DNA of 64,000 bases from a candidate division FCPU426 bacterium. Its GTDB lineage: Bacteria > Oederibacteriota > Muellerivitia > Muellerivitales > Muellerivitaceae. How positions within the stretch are numbered: the stretch's first letter is position 1; each line of letters opens with the position of its first letter. The notes beneath the pieces were generated by a model, which had not been told where the DNA came from, did not search any database, and was given only the letters and a program-made list of their open reading frames with translations. The position numbers and the translations under genes were made by a program. This document shows, in pieces, positions 1-11,434 of the stretch. The stretch covers positions 576,001 to 640,000 of the forward strand of contig CAVRAL010000001.1 in NCBI GenBank assembly GCA_963719085.1, written 5' to 3'.

Positions 1-459
1 GTCGCCGCGGCTTAAACGTTGGGCCTCCAAGCCCGGATCGAGGGCTCGGCGCTTAACATTTTTGTTCCAATGGACCAATCTGGTCGCACAAAAGAGTAGA
101 AAACCATCGCGGCCCCGGAATGGTTTGGAACGGCTTCCAAGCCCGCTTGGATCAGTAAAAATCTCCCGCTAAAAGCCCGGTTAAGTCCTGTCCTGAAACC
201 CAATGTTGTGACAACGTAAAAAAGCCCCTCCGGACCCAACTGGTATGAAGTTTGCTTGAAAAACCTCACCATATCTTGTAATTTAGCACACCAACCGACG
301 CCTCTTTAAGTTAAGGCGGCCCCTCGCCGGGCTGCTTTTTTTGCCCTCGGTTTTGCTCAAATGGGAAGTGAAAAACAAGGGAAAATGGGGAACGACACCC
401 CAACGCGCGCTAGGCCCGCCTAAAGGCGAGGCCCCAGATGGACTTCAAGGAGCTACTCC

Positions 460-3400
460 ATGCCGGAACAACCGATTCAAGCGAACCCGAATGAAAACTT
501 GATGACCCCTTTTGACGCGGGCAAGGATTCCTGCGGGGTGGGTTTCGTGGCCCACCTGAAGAACAAAAAAACACATGAAATTGTCGAACAGGGCATTGAG
601 ATTCTTTATAACCTCTCCCACCGCGGCGCCTGCGGATGCGAAACCAACACGGGGGACGGCGCGGGCATTCTTCTTCAGATCCCGGATAAGTTTTTCCGGA
701 AAAACGCTTCCAGCTTTAATGTCAGCTTGCCGCCGGAGGGCGAGTATGGTGTGGGGGCGGTCTTTCTTCCTAAAGATCACGAACAGATCAAGGCTTGCGA
801 GGACATGCTGACCGCGATTGTCCAAGAAGAGGGTCAAACCCTCTTGGGCTGGCGCGTGACCCCCACGGACAATACCGAAATCGGACTGACGGCGAGGGCC
901 AGTGAGCCCATTATGAAGCACGTTTTTATCGGCAAGTCCAAAGACCTAAAAGATCAGGACGCTTTCGAGCGTAAATTATTCCTCATCCGTAAACGTATTG
1001 AAAACCAAGTGGCCGCCTCGAAATTGTCGGAAAAAAGCCTGTTTTATATCGCCAGTTTTTCTTGCCGGACCATCGTTTATAAGGGCATGTTGACGCCGGG
1101 ACAGGTCAATTCTTATTTCAGGGACCTGCGCGACAAGGATACCGAATCGGCCTTGGCCCTGGTGCATTCGCGCTTTTCCACCAACACCTTCCCTTCTTGG
1201 GATTTAGCGCATCCGTTCCGTTACATCGCCCATAACGGTGAAATCAACACCTTGCGCGGCAACATCAACTGGATGCACGCCCGCCAGGCCTTATTCGAGA
1301 CGGAGTATTTCTCGAAAGACGAAGTGAAAAAACTGCTTCCCATCATCCGGGAAGGCCAGTCGGACTCCGCTTCCTTTGATAACGCACTGGAAATCCTCGT
1401 GATGACCGGCCGTTCTTTGCCTCATTCAATGATGATGTTGGTTCCCGAGGCTTGGACGGGCCACGCCACCATGCCCCAATATAAGAAAGACTTTTATCAC
1501 TATCATTCCTGCTTGATGGAGCCCTGGGACGGACCGGCGTCCATCGCTTTTACCGATGGACGTATGATTGGCGCCCTTTTGGACCGCAACGGTTTGCGCC
1601 CCTCGCGCTATTACATCACCCAGGACGACTTGGTCGTGATGGCCTCTGAAGTCGGGGTTTTGGATATTGATAACCAGCGGGTCCTGCAAAAAGGCCGCCT
1701 GGAACCGGGAAAAATGTTCCTCATCGATTTGATCGAAGGCCGGATCGTGGATGACGCTGAAATTAAAGAAAAAATCGCCAAGGCCCAGCCTTATGGCGAT
1801 TGGTTGAAAGACAACTTGACCGCTTTGGATAAATTACCCGAAGCCCCGCATGTCCCCGAGCCGGATCATGACACGGTTTTGAAGCGCCAAAGGGCCTATG
1901 GCTATACCCATGAGGATTTAAAAATACTGATGGCCCCCATGGCCACCAACGGGGAAGAAGCAATTGGGTCGATGGGCGATGATACGCCGATCGGCATCTT
2001 GTCGAACCTCAATCAACCGCTCTTTAATTATTTCAAACAGTTATTCGCCCAAGTCACCAACCCGCCGCTCGACGCCATCCGCGAGGAATTGGTCACCTCG
2101 GTCAATACCACGGTGGGCCCCGAGGGAAATCTTTTGGTTCCCAAAGCGGAAAACTGCCGGCAAATCGAGCTCAAAAGCCCCGTGTTGGACAATGATGAGT
2201 TGGCCAAGTTCACCCATATTTCCTACAAGGGCTTCAAAGCGGTCACGATCCCGATCCTTTATAAGGTCGCCGAGGGCGGAAAAGGCTTGGCTAAGGCCGT
2301 CGAGGAAGTCTGCGCTAAGGCTGAAAAAGCCGTGAAGGAAGGCTATCAAATTGTGATCCTTTCGGATCGGGGCCTCGACCATGACCACGCGCCTATCCCG
2401 AGCCTTTTGGCCACCGCCGGCGTGCATCATCATTTGATCCGCCAGGGTCTTCGGACCAAGGCAGGGCTCATCATTGAAAGCGGGGAACCCCGCGAGGTGC
2501 ATCACTTTGGACTGCTCTTGGGATATGGCGCCAACGCCATTAATCCCTATTTGGCCTTTGAGTCGCTGGATGACATGATCCGCCGCAAGGTTTTGCCGGC
2601 CGATATCGACCATAAAACCGCCGTGAAAAAATATATCAAGGCGGCCAACAAGGGCATCGTGAAAATTATGTCCAAGATGGGGATTTCCACCATTCAAAGC
2701 TACCGGGGCGCCCAGATATTTGAGGCGGTGGGGCTGAACCGGGAGTTTGTGGATAAATACTTTACCTGGACCGCTACCCGCATCCAGGGAATCGGGATTG
2801 AGGAAGTGGCGGTCGAGACCGAGCATCGTCACCGGGGGGCGTTCCCGGAACGCCCGGCCCGGGATTTGGACTTGGATTGGGGTGGCCGCTACCAATGGCG
2901 CCGGGACGGGGAAAAGCATCTTTTTAACCCCGACACGGTCCACAAACTTCAAACCGCCGTCCGCACCAGCAATTACAAGGCGTTTAAAGAATATTCCAAA
3001 GACGTGAACGACCAATCCAAAAGCTTGGCCACGATTCGGGGTTTGTTTCAATTTAAAAAAGGCACGCCCATTCCGTTGGACCAGGTGGAACCGGTCAGCG
3101 AAATCGTCAAACGTTTCGTCACCGGTGCCATGTCCTATGGATCGATCAGCAAAGAGGCGCACCAAAACCTGGCCATCGCGATGAACCGGCTGGGGGGCAA
3201 GTCGAATACGGGCGAGGGCGGCGAGGATGAGGATCGCTATGTCCCTGAGGCGAACGGGGATTCCCGTAACTCGGCCATCAAACAGGTGGCTTCGGGCCGT
3301 TTCGGCGTGACGAGCTATTACATGGTCAACGCGAAGGAAATCCAGATCAAGATGGCGCAGGGCGCCAAGCCGGGCGAAGGCGGTCAATTGCCGGGAAAGA

Positions 3401-5007
3401 AAGTTTATCCTTGGATCGCCAAGACCCGCTTTGCCACGCCTTTCGTGGGGCTCATCTCGCCCCCGCCGCACCATGATATTTATTCCATCGAGGATTTGGC
3501 CCAGCTTATCCACGACCTCAAGAACGCCAACAAGCACGCCCGCGTCTCCGTGAAGCTGGTTTCCGAAGTGGGCGTGGGAACGGTGGCCGCCGGGGTTTGC
3601 AAAGCGCACGCCGATCATGTGCTCATCAGCGGGCATGATGGCGGAACCGGAGCTTCCCCTTTAACCTCGATCAAGCACGCGGGCATTCCCTGGGAAATGG
3701 GGTTGGCCGAGACGCATCAAATTTTGGTCAAGAACCGTTTGCGCGACCGCATTGTGGTCCAGGCCGATGGCCAGTTGAAGACGGGACGGGACGTGGCCAT
3801 CGCTTGTTTGCTGGGCGCTGAGGAATTTGGATTCGCCACCGCAGCCCTGGTGGCCGAGGGCTGCATCATGATGCGGGTCTGCCATTTGGATACCTGTCCG
3901 GTGGGGATCGCCACCCAAAATCCGGAACTTCGTAAAAAGTTCACCGGTAAACCGGAGCACGTGGTTAATTTTATGACCTATATCGCCGAGGAAGTCCGGG
4001 AGATTATGGCGGAACTCGGATTCAAAACCATTTTGGATATGGTGGGTCATTCTGAATTGTTGGAGATGAACAAGGCCACTTCCTATTGGAAGGCCAAGGG
4101 TTTGGACTTTTCAGCTATCTTCGCCAAACCGGAAGAGTCGAAATTGGGCCCGGTCTATTGCGTGCAAAAACAGGACCATGGTCTCGATAAGGCGCTGGAT
4201 AACGAAGTCCTGATCGAGCGTTGCATGCCGGCCTTGAACGACAAAAAACCGGTCAAGTTTGAGGTCCCCATCCGTAATATCAACCGAACCGTGGGAACCA
4301 TGCTGGGCGCTGAGATTTCCCGGAAGCACGGCTTGAAGGGTTTGCCGGACGACACGATTCAAATTACCTTTCAAGGCTCGGCGGGGCAAAGCTTTGGGGC
4401 TTTCTTGCCCCGAGGAGTCACCCTTCGTCTCGAAGGCGACGCCAACGATTACGTGGGCAAGGGACTTTGCGGCGGAAAAATCGCGGTTTATCCGCAGAAG
4501 AACATCCAGTTCGTGCCCGAGGATAATATCATCGCGGGCAACGTGCTTCTTTACGGCGCCACCAGCGGCGAGGCTTATTTCCGGGGTAAGACCGGGGAGC
4601 GTTTTGGCGTGCGCAATAGCGGCGTTTACGCCGTGGTGGAAGGCGTGGGAGATCATGGATGCGAATACATGACCGGCGGCCGGGTGGTGGTCCTGGGCGA
4701 GACGGGCCGCAATTTCGCGGCCGGAATGAGCGGCGGGATCGCTTACGTGTGGAACAAGGCGGGCGATTTCGAGGTGCGTTGCAACAAGGAAATGGTGGAA
4801 CTGGACAGCTTGGACGCGGATGACGTGAAGACAATCCAGGACATGCTGCGCAAACATCAAAGTTTTACCGGCAGCACGGTGGCCGAACAGGTCCTTAAAA
4901 ACTGGGATAAGCTGGAAAAGCAATTCGTGAAGGTCATGCCGGTCGACTATAAGAAGGCCTTGCAGGCCCAAAAAGACGCCGCCGCCCAACCGGCGTCGGT
5001 AGCTTAG
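460..5007 (+). CDS. gltB: Glutamate synthase large subunit
   Basis: 1515 aa; Ntn-amidotransferase start CGVGF after a short propeptide, [35 protein letters not shown], 3Fe-4S cysteines [14 protein letters not shown]-terminal GXGXG repeats; AAGGAG RBS. Confidence 0.98.
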   Translation: MPEQPIQANPNENLMTPFDAGKDSCGVGFVAHLKNKKTHEIVEQGIEILYNLSHRGACGCETNTGDGAGILLQIPDKFFRKNASSFNVSLPPEGEYGVGAVFLPKDHEQIKACEDMLTAIVQEEGQTLLGWRVTPTDNTEIGLTARASEPIMKHVFIGKSKDLKDQDAFERKLFLIRKRIENQVAASKLSEKSLFYIASFSCRTIVYKGMLTPGQVNSYFRDLRDKDTESALALVHSRFSTNTFPSWDLAHPFRYIAHNGEINTLRGNINWMHARQALFETEYFSKDEVKKLLPIIREGQSDSASFDNALEILVMTGRSLPHSMMMLVPEAWTGHATMPQYKKDFYHYHSCLMEPWDGPASIAFTDGRMIGALLDRNGLRPSRYYITQDDLVVMASEVGVLDIDNQRVLQKGRLEPGKMFLIDLIEGRIVDDAEIKEKIAKAQPYGDWLKDNLTALDKLPEAPHVPEPDHDTVLKRQRAYGYTHEDLKILMAPMATNGEEAIGSMGDDTPIGILSNLNQPLFNYFKQLFAQVTNPPLDAIREELVTSVNTTVGPEGNLLVPKAENCRQIELKSPVLDNDELAKFTHISYKGFKAVTIPILYKVAEGGKGLAKAVEEVCAKAEKAVKEGYQIVILSDRGLDHDHAPIPSLLATAGVHHHLIRQGLRTKAGLIIESGEPREVHHFGLLLGYGANAINPYLAFESLDDMIRRKVLPADIDHKTAVKKYIKAANKGIVKIMSKMGISTIQSYRGAQIFEAVGLNREFVDKYFTWTATRIQGIGIEEVAVETEHRHRGAFPERPARDLDLDWGGRYQWRRDGEKHLFNPDTVHKLQTAVRTSNYKAFKEYSKDVNDQSKSLATIRGLFQFKKGTPIPLDQVEPVSEIVKRFVTGAMSYGSISKEAHQNLAIAMNRLGGKSNTGEGGEDEDRYVPEANGDSRNSAIKQVASGRFGVTSYYMVNAKEIQIKMAQGAKPGEGGQLPGKKVYPWIAKTRFATPFVGLISPPPHHDIYSIEDLAQLIHDLKNANKHARVSVKLVSEVGVGTVAAGVCKAHADHVLISGHDGGTGASPLTSIKHAGIPWEMGLAETHQILVKNRLRDRIVVQADGQLKTGRDVAIACLLGAEEFGFATAALVAEGCIMMRVCHLDTCPVGIATQNPELRKKFTGKPEHVVNFMTYIAEEVREIMAELGFKTILDMVGHSELLEMNKATSYWKAKGLDFSAIFAKPEESKLGPVYCVQKQDHGLDKALDNEVLIERCMPALNDKKPVKFEVPIRNINRTVGTMLGAEISRKHGLKGLPDDTIQITFQGSAGQSFGAFLPRGVTLRLEGDANDYVGKGLCGGKIAVYPQKNIQFVPEDNIIAGNVLLYGATSGEAYFRGKTGERFGVRNSGVYAVVEGVGDHGCEYMTGGRVVVLGETGRNFAAGMSGGIAYVWNKAGDFEVRCNKEMVELDSLDADDVKTIQDMLRKHQSFTGSTVAEQVLKNWDKLEKQFVKVMPVDYKKALQAQKDAAAQPASVA

Positions 5008-5011
5008 CAAA

Positions 5012-5185
5012 GGCAATTGACATTGATGGACGCCGATAAACGCCGATAGCGAAAAAATCACATAGGCGTTAAAGCCGATAGGGTAACGAAGATGTGCTTG
5101 GGGCCGGAAGTTTTATTGTCCAATGTGAAAAAAGTTTGGGTTTTATCGGCGTTAATCTGCGTGCATTATGGTTAATGGGTTTGCC
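5012..5185. repeat. Imperfect inverted repeat made of decamer subunits in the gltB-gltD spacer
   Basis: Arm 5017-5048 (TTGACATTGATGGACGCCGATAAACGCCGATA) matches the reverse complement of arm 5144-5175 at 25/32 positions; outer GGCAA/TTGCC also pair; 95-nt interior. Confidence 0.7.
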
Positions 5186-5216
5186 GTGGATTTTTTAAAT
5201 TAAGGAATAGGTCGAA

Positions 5217-6662
5217 ATGGGAAAACCAACCGGATTTATGGAAGCGGGGCGCGAACTGCCCCACAAGCGGCCCGTGGCCGAGCGCATCAAGGATTGGAAG
5301 GAATATTACCTTCCCATGCACCCGGATCACTTGAAGACGCAGGCCGCCCGCTGCATGGACTGCGGCGTTCCTTTTTGCCATCAGGGCTGTCCCTTGGGCA
5401 ATATTATTCCCGATTGGAACGATTTGGTTTACCGCGACCGGTGGAAGGAAGCCATTGAGCGCCTTCACGCCACTAATAATTTTCCCGAGTTCACCGGCCG
5501 GCTTTGCCCGGCGCCTTGCGAGAATTCTTGTGTGCTCGGTATGGATTCCTATACCCAGCCCGTGACGATTAAACAAATGGAAGTTTCCATCATCGACCAC
5601 GCTTGGGAGCAGGGGTGGGTGAAACCCCAAATCGCGCATAAAAAGACGGGAAAGAAAGTGGCCGTGGTGGGTTCGGGCCCGGCGGGTCTGGCCTGCGCCC
5701 AGCAATTGGCCCGGGCGGGCCACGCGGTTACCGTATACGAACGGGCGGACCGCATCGGCGGGCTTCTGCGTTACGGTATCCCTGAATTTAAAATGGAAAA
5801 ACGCCATATCAACCGGCGCATGGAACAAATGCAGGCCGAAGGCGTGACCTTTGTGACCAACGCCAACATTGGCGTGACGATCCCCATTGAGGATTTGCGC
5901 AAGAATTTCGACGCCATCGTGCTTTGCGGCGGCGCCACGCAAGCCCGTAATCTGGATGTTCCGGGCCGTGAATTAAAAGGAACTTATTTCGCCATGGAAT
6001 ACCTGCCCCAATCCAATAAGGTGCAGGAAGGCGACAAGGTGGAGAACCAAATCAACGCCAAGGATAAGAATGTGGTGATCCTGGGCGGCGGGGACACGGG
6101 CGCGGATTGCATCGGCACCGCCGTTCGACAGGGCTGCAAGAGCCTGGTCTCGTTTGAATTGCTGCCCCAGCCTCCCGACACCCGTCCGGGGGATAATCCC
6201 TGGCCCCAATGGGCCCGCATTTTCAGGACCGCGCCGGCCCACGACGAGGGCGGTGAGCGGATTTTCAGCGTGATGACCAAAAAGCTGACCGGCGAGAACG
6301 GCGTTTTGAAAAAACTCCATGGCGTGAAGCTGGAATGGATTCCCCAGCCGTCGGGTCCGCCGAAGATGCAGGAGATTCCGGGAAGCGAATTTGAGATTCC
6401 GGCGGATTTGGTTTTTCTGGCCATGGGATTCCTTGGGCCTGAAAAAAACCCCTTGTTCGAAAAACTGGGCATCGAATTGGATCCCCGGTCCAACGTCAAG
6501 GCGGACGCCAACAAGATGACCAATGTTCCCGGGGTTTTCGTGGCGGGGGACATGACCCGCGGCCAGTCACTGATTGTGTGGGCCATCTCGGAGGGCCGCA
6601 AAGCCGCCCAAGGCGTGGATAAGTGGCTCATGGGCGAGACCCTTTTGGAATCCGTCCTGTAA
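5217..6662 (+). CDS. gltD: Glutamate synthase small subunit
   Basis: MGKPTGF start, RCMDCGVPFCHQGCP and GRLCPAPCE Fe-S motifs, GSGPAG and GGGDTG dinucleotide folds; directly after gltB. Confidence 0.97.
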   Translation: MGKPTGFMEAGRELPHKRPVAERIKDWKEYYLPMHPDHLKTQAARCMDCGVPFCHQGCPLGNIIPDWNDLVYRDRWKEAIERLHATNNFPEFTGRLCPAPCENSCVLGMDSYTQPVTIKQMEVSIIDHAWEQGWVKPQIAHKKTGKKVAVVGSGPAGLACAQQLARAGHAVTVYERADRIGGLLRYGIPEFKMEKRHINRRMEQMQAEGVTFVTNANIGVTIPIEDLRKNFDAIVLCGGATQARNLDVPGRELKGTYFAMEYLPQSNKVQEGDKVENQINAKDKNVVILGGGDTGADCIGTAVRQGCKSLVSFELLPQPPDTRPGDNPWPQWARIFRTAPAHDEGGERIFSVMTKKLTGENGVLKKLHGVKLEWIPQPSGPPKMQEIPGSEFEIPADLVFLAMGFLGPEKNPLFEKLGIELDPRSNVKADANKMTNVPGVFVAGDMTRGQSLIVWAISEGRKAAQGVDKWLMGETLLESVL

Positions 6663-6726
6663 TATCAGGCGATCGCCGGGTTGATGGTCCATTCCGTCGC
6701 ACTCCTTTGAAAGCGGGGAAGTCTTC

Positions 6727-9036
6727 GTGGTGAAATACTTCCCATCGGTCCGAGGGTGTCATTTGATTTTGTTCTTCCTGGCATTATCCTTTTTGCTTTA
6801 TCAAAACATCCCCGCTTTTTCAGAAACCATTACGGTTGGGGATACCAACGTTTCCTTAAGCATGGACGGCCACCTTCAAGATTGGCCCGATTGTCGAATG
6901 ATTAATCTGGACAACGCTGATCAGGTGGTTGAGGGGAAGTTTTTTTGGAAAGGGCCGGATGATTTCAACGGCCGTATTTTTATCACCTACGACCAAGAAT
7001 TTCTCTATTTGGCGGCGGTCGTGACCCGCAACGGGACCCCGACTAACGCCAACGCCCCCGCGATCCTTTGGAACGGGGATTGCCTGGAGGTCTATCTTTC
7101 GACCGATCCCGATCCCGCCGACCATCGGCGGTTGACCCGGGGTGATTACCATATCGGCATTTCGCCCGGGACCAAGTGCGCGAATTCCCAAGTCTGGTGT
7201 TTCAACCAGGGGAAAGCCGTGCCGGGAGCGCGGGTAAAAGCCAAGAACTCAAAAAAAGGTTATGTGCTTGAGGCAGCCTTGCCGCTAAAATTTTTCTCGG
7301 GCTTGAATATCGGGCCTCGTCAAACTTGCGGTTTCAATGTGGCTTTGGATGAAGGGGGGGCGGTGAGCGGAAATCGATTGGTTCAAATGGATCTTTCGGG
7401 ACACGCCAACAGTTGGCAAAACCCCTCGGTTTGGAACCGGATCGAATGGATCGGCGCGACCCAGGTTGCGGTGCCCCCGGCTGACGAAGAGGATGAAAAT
7501 TCGATTTTGGTCAAAGACGGAACCCAAGGCGCCATCTTTTTGGGTGTTAAAACTCTCGCCGGAGTTGTTTTGGATAGCGGGGGGAAGCCGCTCGCGGGCG
7601 CGAAAGTGAGCACTTGGCCCGCCACGGAGCCGGTAACCACCGACGCCGCCGGAAAATTCACCCTTGCTCAGGTGAAGGTTTACCGCCAGACGGTCATTTA
7701 TGGGCGGCAAGACGGCTATTACACCTCGCTGGGAGTTCCCAATCCGGCTTCCTGGGCCACCACGATCCGGTTATCGGCCATGCCGGTCTCCGTTTTGGAT
7801 TCCCATCATGGGTTGAATCCTGTTTTTTGGGGGGCGAATATTTCATTGGCTCCGGGTGGTTTGAATCTGCCGACGGATTTGCCGGTGAGTTTGGTCAAGA
7901 CCTTAGGGTTGGGGATTCTCTGGCTCAAAGCGGATGGACTTGAGAATAGGGATCCGGCCGCCCAAAAGGATATCTTGGACCAATGGGTCGCCTATGCCCA
8001 GGCGATCGGGGCCGAGCCGGCGGTTGAGGTCCCGATTGGGCCCAACGCTTCCGATTTGGGAACCGAATGGGCGGGGATGGCCGGGGGTAAAATTCATTAT
8101 TGGACTCTGGGAAACGAACCGGACCGTCCGGCCCCCTCATTGTCCGTTTCTTTTCAAAATTACAACGCGTATGACTACATCAATGATTTTCGGGAATTTT
8201 ACAATTCGGTTAAAAGGGTTGATCCTTCGTTAATCGTTTTAGGGCCGAATTTGGCTTTCCCCGAGGCGGAAGACGCAAAAGACTGGCTGACTCCCTTTCT
8301 GCGGTTTGACGGGGACATCGTTAATCTTGTCTCAGCGGCCCATTACGCGGGTGATTCCCGGGCCCAGGCTTCCGCTTCGAATTTGGCGGAAGACGCCCGG
8401 GTATTCGCGCCGGATTTTCAAACACTCCAGAGCAAGGTTTCTCAAAACTCCGACATTTATATTCCGGTTGTCATCTCCAATGTCGGGCTTTATCCCGCGC
8501 CGGTCTCGATGTCCGCCCTGGGCGCCGCCGGTAGCGATCCGGTGACGGATTTCACGGACGCGCTTTGGGAAGCGGAAGTGGCGGGGACGCTGCTTCAAGC
8601 GGGGGCCTGTATGGGCGCTTTCGGCGACTTGGAAAGGCCGGATGGTTTGGGTCTCATTTCCAAGGGAAACCTAAATCCGGCGGCTTGGGTTTTGAAGATT
8701 TTCGCCGGCCGTTGGAAAGGGGTTCCTGTGACAGCCCAAGTTTTGAAACCATTGATCAGTGTTTACGCGGCGCAGGATCCCCAAACCAAGGATCTGTCGC
8801 TTTTTATTCTCAATCGAAGCCATCAATATTATTGGCTCAACATTTCCCTGAACGGACAAAGCGATGATTTGGCCGTGGACGCGGGCCTTGATTCCCATTT
8901 TCGCTTCGAGGTTCCGGATCAAGCGGTGGCTTCTTTAAGGATTAAGGCCGACCATTCGCCGGGGGACGCCGAGATTTATACGGCGAAGATGGCCGAGGCG
9001 GAACAAGCGCCTTCGGTCCAAGCCTTAAAACCTTGA
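6727..9036 (+). CDS. Secreted modular carbohydrate-active-like protein (CBM9/DOMON-like, carboxypeptidase-regulatory-like, clan GH-A-like barrel)
   Basis: Signal-like N-terminus; DGHLQDW, YDQEFLYLA, WNGDCLEVY and GYVLEAALP resemble CBM9-like sugar-binding domains; GVVLDSGGKPLAGAKV..TDAAGKF; YWTLGNEPD acid/base motif. Confidence 0.6.
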   Translation: MVKYFPSVRGCHLILFFLALSFLLYQNIPAFSETITVGDTNVSLSMDGHLQDWPDCRMINLDNADQVVEGKFFWKGPDDFNGRIFITYDQEFLYLAAVVTRNGTPTNANAPAILWNGDCLEVYLSTDPDPADHRRLTRGDYHIGISPGTKCANSQVWCFNQGKAVPGARVKAKNSKKGYVLEAALPLKFFSGLNIGPRQTCGFNVALDEGGAVSGNRLVQMDLSGHANSWQNPSVWNRIEWIGATQVAVPPADEEDENSILVKDGTQGAIFLGVKTLAGVVLDSGGKPLAGAKVSTWPATEPVTTDAAGKFTLAQVKVYRQTVIYGRQDGYYTSLGVPNPASWATTIRLSAMPVSVLDSHHGLNPVFWGANISLAPGGLNLPTDLPVSLVKTLGLGILWLKADGLENRDPAAQKDILDQWVAYAQAIGAEPAVEVPIGPNASDLGTEWAGMAGGKIHYWTLGNEPDRPAPSLSVSFQNYNAYDYINDFREFYNSVKRVDPSLIVLGPNLAFPEAEDAKDWLTPFLRFDGDIVNLVSAAHYAGDSRAQASASNLAEDARVFAPDFQTLQSKVSQNSDIYIPVVISNVGLYPAPVSMSALGAAGSDPVTDFTDALWEAEVAGTLLQAGACMGAFGDLERPDGLGLISKGNLNPAAWVLKIFAGRWKGVPVTAQVLKPLISVYAAQDPQTKDLSLFILNRSHQYYWLNISLNGQSDDLAVDAGLDSHFRFEVPDQAVASLRIKADHSPGDAEIYTAKMAEAEQAPSVQALKP

Positions 9037-9992
9037 GCCAGGGACAGGCGCGAATGCGGGAAGGAAAACCGGAGCCGGGAATGATTCAAGTGAATCCTCT
9101 GGACTCGCTTGTTTTTTGCTATCAGGCGGTTATCTCGCTGGTCATTCTTTTTTCAAAAATTCCCGATGAGGACAAGACTCGTTTATTGGTTGAGCATCTT
9201 ATCTTTTTTGCCGGTCTTGTTTTGTTTTTGAAGGTGGTTCAGGCTTTTGACAACCCGGCGGCCCGGTTTTTCCGGGAAATGTACCCTTTGATCTTGATGC
9301 TTTTCTTTTACAAGGAAGTGGGCTTGCTGATCCACGGCTATTTTGATTGGAGCCTGGATGACTGGCTTTTGAGCAAGGACTATCAATTGGGGCATATCGC
9401 CCTGTCGGTTTGGCATTTACAGCAGTTTCATCCGCCGTCCCGATTTTTAAACGAGATTTTCAGTTTGGGATACGGCTTTTACCTGGTACTTATCCCGGGG
9501 GCGGCTTTCATCCTCTATTTCCGGGCGTCGCTGGCGGTTTTCAGGACATTTCTATTTTCGATCAGCTTCACTTATTATCTATGTTACTTATTGTTCATTT
9601 TTTTTCCGGCGGAAAGCCCCCGGTTTTATATCCCCGGCCTTCGGGAGTCCCTTCAGGGCTATTACATTTCCGATTGGGTTCATACGGTGGTGGAAGGGAA
9701 CGCCTTTCCCGGCGGATCGTTTCCCAGTTCCCATATCGCCGCCTCGGTCATCTGCCTTCGCGCTTTTCCTTATTTAGGCCGGTTTCGCTACCTGGCGGGT
9801 TTTTTCATGTTGCTTTTGGTTTTGGGGACCATTTACGGACGTTATCATTATTTCATTGATGTGACAGCCGGTTTAGTAGTAGGTTTAGCTTGTTACGCAT
9901 TAGCGCCTTGGCTTCAAAAACGCTGGCCACTCGTCTTGAATTGGAAACAGGAACCCTATGGAAGACCCCAAGAAACCGCTCACGGAGGCTGA
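9033..9992 (+). CDS. PAP2-superfamily membrane enzyme, AUR1/inositol-phosphorylceramide-synthase-like subfamily
   Basis: Multiple TM helices; motifs FPAESPRF, SFPSSH, GRYHYFID; true start may be a downstream ATG (e.g. 9081). Confidence 0.8.
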   Translation: MSQGQARMREGKPEPGMIQVNPLDSLVFCYQAVISLVILFSKIPDEDKTRLLVEHLIFFAGLVLFLKVVQAFDNPAARFFREMYPLILMLFFYKEVGLLIHGYFDWSLDDWLLSKDYQLGHIALSVWHLQQFHPPSRFLNEIFSLGYGFYLVLIPGAAFILYFRASLAVFRTFLFSISFTYYLCYLLFIFFPAESPRFYIPGLRESLQGYYISDWVHTVVEGNAFPGGSFPSSHIAASVICLRAFPYLGRFRYLAGFFMLLLVLGTIYGRYHYFIDVTAGLVVGLACYALAPWLQKRWPLVLNWKQEPYGRPQETAHGG

Positions 9993-10368
9993 AAAACAGA
10001 TTTTGCGCCTGGAATCCCTGCGCGCGAGGCGGGAAGAGGATTCCAAACAGTCGGTGGAAAAGGCTTTTATGCCGCCCCGAACCGTGGTGGAACAAACTAT
10101 TGAGAAGCTGAACGCCATGAAGGCCCAGGCCCGGAAGCCCGCCACTGCCCGCCGTCCCAAAATGGAGGGGAAACAAAAGAGCGCGAAAATTCATACCCTC
10201 CAATTGACTGTGTTGGAGCAATTGCTGGCGAAGGACAAGCGGTTGAAGAGCAGCCGGATTATCCGGATCGCCGTCAGCCGGCTTTTGGAGCTTGATTTAA
10301 CGGCCGAGGAAGTGGAGTTGGAAACCCGGATCGGAGAAATCCTCCGCCAAATTAAAAATCGTCCCTGA
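9958..10368 (+). CDS. Hypothetical basic helical protein (possible ribbon-helix-helix-like C-terminus)
   Basis: 136 aa ORF filling the gap before thiS; charged helical composition; SRIIRIAVSRLL segment. Confidence 0.55.
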   Translation: MEDPKKPLTEAEKQILRLESLRARREEDSKQSVEKAFMPPRTVVEQTIEKLNAMKAQARKPATARRPKMEGKQKSAKIHTLQLTVLEQLLAKDKRLKSSRIIRIAVSRLLELDLTAEEVELETRIGEILRQIKNRP

Positions 10369-10433
10369 TTTTCCCGCCGAAACAGCGCCCCTGATTTTAT
10401 CTTATTCCTATTCGAAACACCCTGGAGATTGAC

Positions 10434-10634
10434 TTGAAGGTTTGGATCAATGGAGAATTAAAGGATCTGGCGGAAGGCGCGCATATGGCCGATTTGATTA
10501 AGTCCCTGGGCATCCGGCCTGAAACCGTGGTTTCGGAATTAAATCTTAAAATTATCCAGGCGGCCGAACGGTCCCAAACCCGCTTGTCGGAGGGGGACCG
10601 GGTGGAGCTGATTCAATTCGTGGGCGGAGGCTGA
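10434..10634 (+). CDS. thiS: Sulfur carrier protein ThiS
   Basis: 66 aa, MKVWING...[15 protein letters not shown]-terminal Gly-Gly; adjacent to thiG; TTG start with GGAG RBS. Confidence 0.95.
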   Translation: MKVWINGELKDLAEGAHMADLIKSLGIRPETVVSELNLKIIQAAERSQTRLSEGDRVELIQFVGGG

Positions 10635-10636
10635 GC

Positions 10637-11431
10637 ATGGCGGCGACTTTGAACAAAATACAATCGGAAGATACCTATCAGATTAACGGCCGGACCTTCA
10701 CGTCCCGGCTTTTGGTGGGAACCGGTAAATACGCGACGAATGAGTTGATGGCCGATTGTTTGGAAGCGACCGGGACCGAGATGGTCACTGTGGCGCTTCG
10801 GCGGATTCCGCTGAATCAAAAGAACGAAAAAAACCTGCTGGACTTTATCGATCTCAAAAAGTGCACCCTTTTGCCGAACACGGCGGGTTGTTACAGCGCG
10901 GAGGAAGCGATTCGGGTGGCCCACTTGGCCCGGGCCGCCGGATTGTCGGAGTTTATCAAGCTGGAAGTGCTTTTTGACGAAAAGACCCTCTTGCCTGATC
11001 CCATCGCCACCTTGGAAGCCACTAAAATTTTAGTCCAAGAAGGTTTCACCGTCATGACCTATACCTCGGACGATCCTGTGATGGCCCAAAAGCTGGAGCA
11101 GGCCGGCGCCCACGCGGTCATGCCGGCGGGTTCGCCCATTGGATCGGGTCAGGGCGTGCTCAATCCCAATAACATCCGCATCATCTTGGAAAAATTAAAG
11201 TGCCCCGTTTTAATCGACGCGGGAGTGGGTTCGGCTTCGGACGTGGCTTTTGCCATGGAGCTGGGCGTGGTGGCGGTTCTTTTAAACACGGCCATCGCCC
11301 ACGCGAAAGACCCTTTGCGGATGGCTTACGCCATGAAGAACGCCTGCGAGGCGGGCCGCCTGTCCTACTTAGCGGGCCGCATTCCTAAAAAGCTGTACGC
11401 CCAAGCCTCCACTCCGGATAAGGATTTTTAA
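10637..11431 (+). CDS. thiG: Thiazole synthase
   Basis: [40 protein letters not shown] motifs. Confidence 0.97.
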   Translation: MAATLNKIQSEDTYQINGRTFTSRLLVGTGKYATNELMADCLEATGTEMVTVALRRIPLNQKNEKNLLDFIDLKKCTLLPNTAGCYSAEEAIRVAHLARAAGLSEFIKLEVLFDEKTLLPDPIATLEATKILVQEGFTVMTYTSDDPVMAQKLEQAGAHAVMPAGSPIGSGQGVLNPNNIRIILEKLKCPVLIDAGVGSASDVAFAMELGVVAVLLNTAIAHAKDPLRMAYAMKNACEAGRLSYLAGRIPKKLYAQASTPDKDF

Positions 11432-11434
11432 AGT

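Noticed and set aside
12..272. 86-aa minus-strand ORF at the window start
   Set aside because: No motifs, overlaps the probable gltB promoter region, and flanking context lies outside the window
290..445. Hairpins in the gltB leader as a glutamine riboswitch or attenuator; GTTGT-G-ACAAC dyad at 205-215
   Set aside because: No match to the glnA motif core and no leader peptide seen; short GC stems are expected by chance
2041..3636. 531-aa minus-strand ORF, plus other long antisense ORFs over gltB, gltD and korA (4111..5061, 5172..5942, 40118..41224)
   Set aside because: Shadow ORFs opposite well-conserved genes, explained by GC-biased codon usage; no recognisable motifs
10368..10434. Expected TPP riboswitch upstream of thiS-thiG-thiE
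   Set aside because: Only 65 nt of spacer and no CTGAGA / ACCTGA core visible
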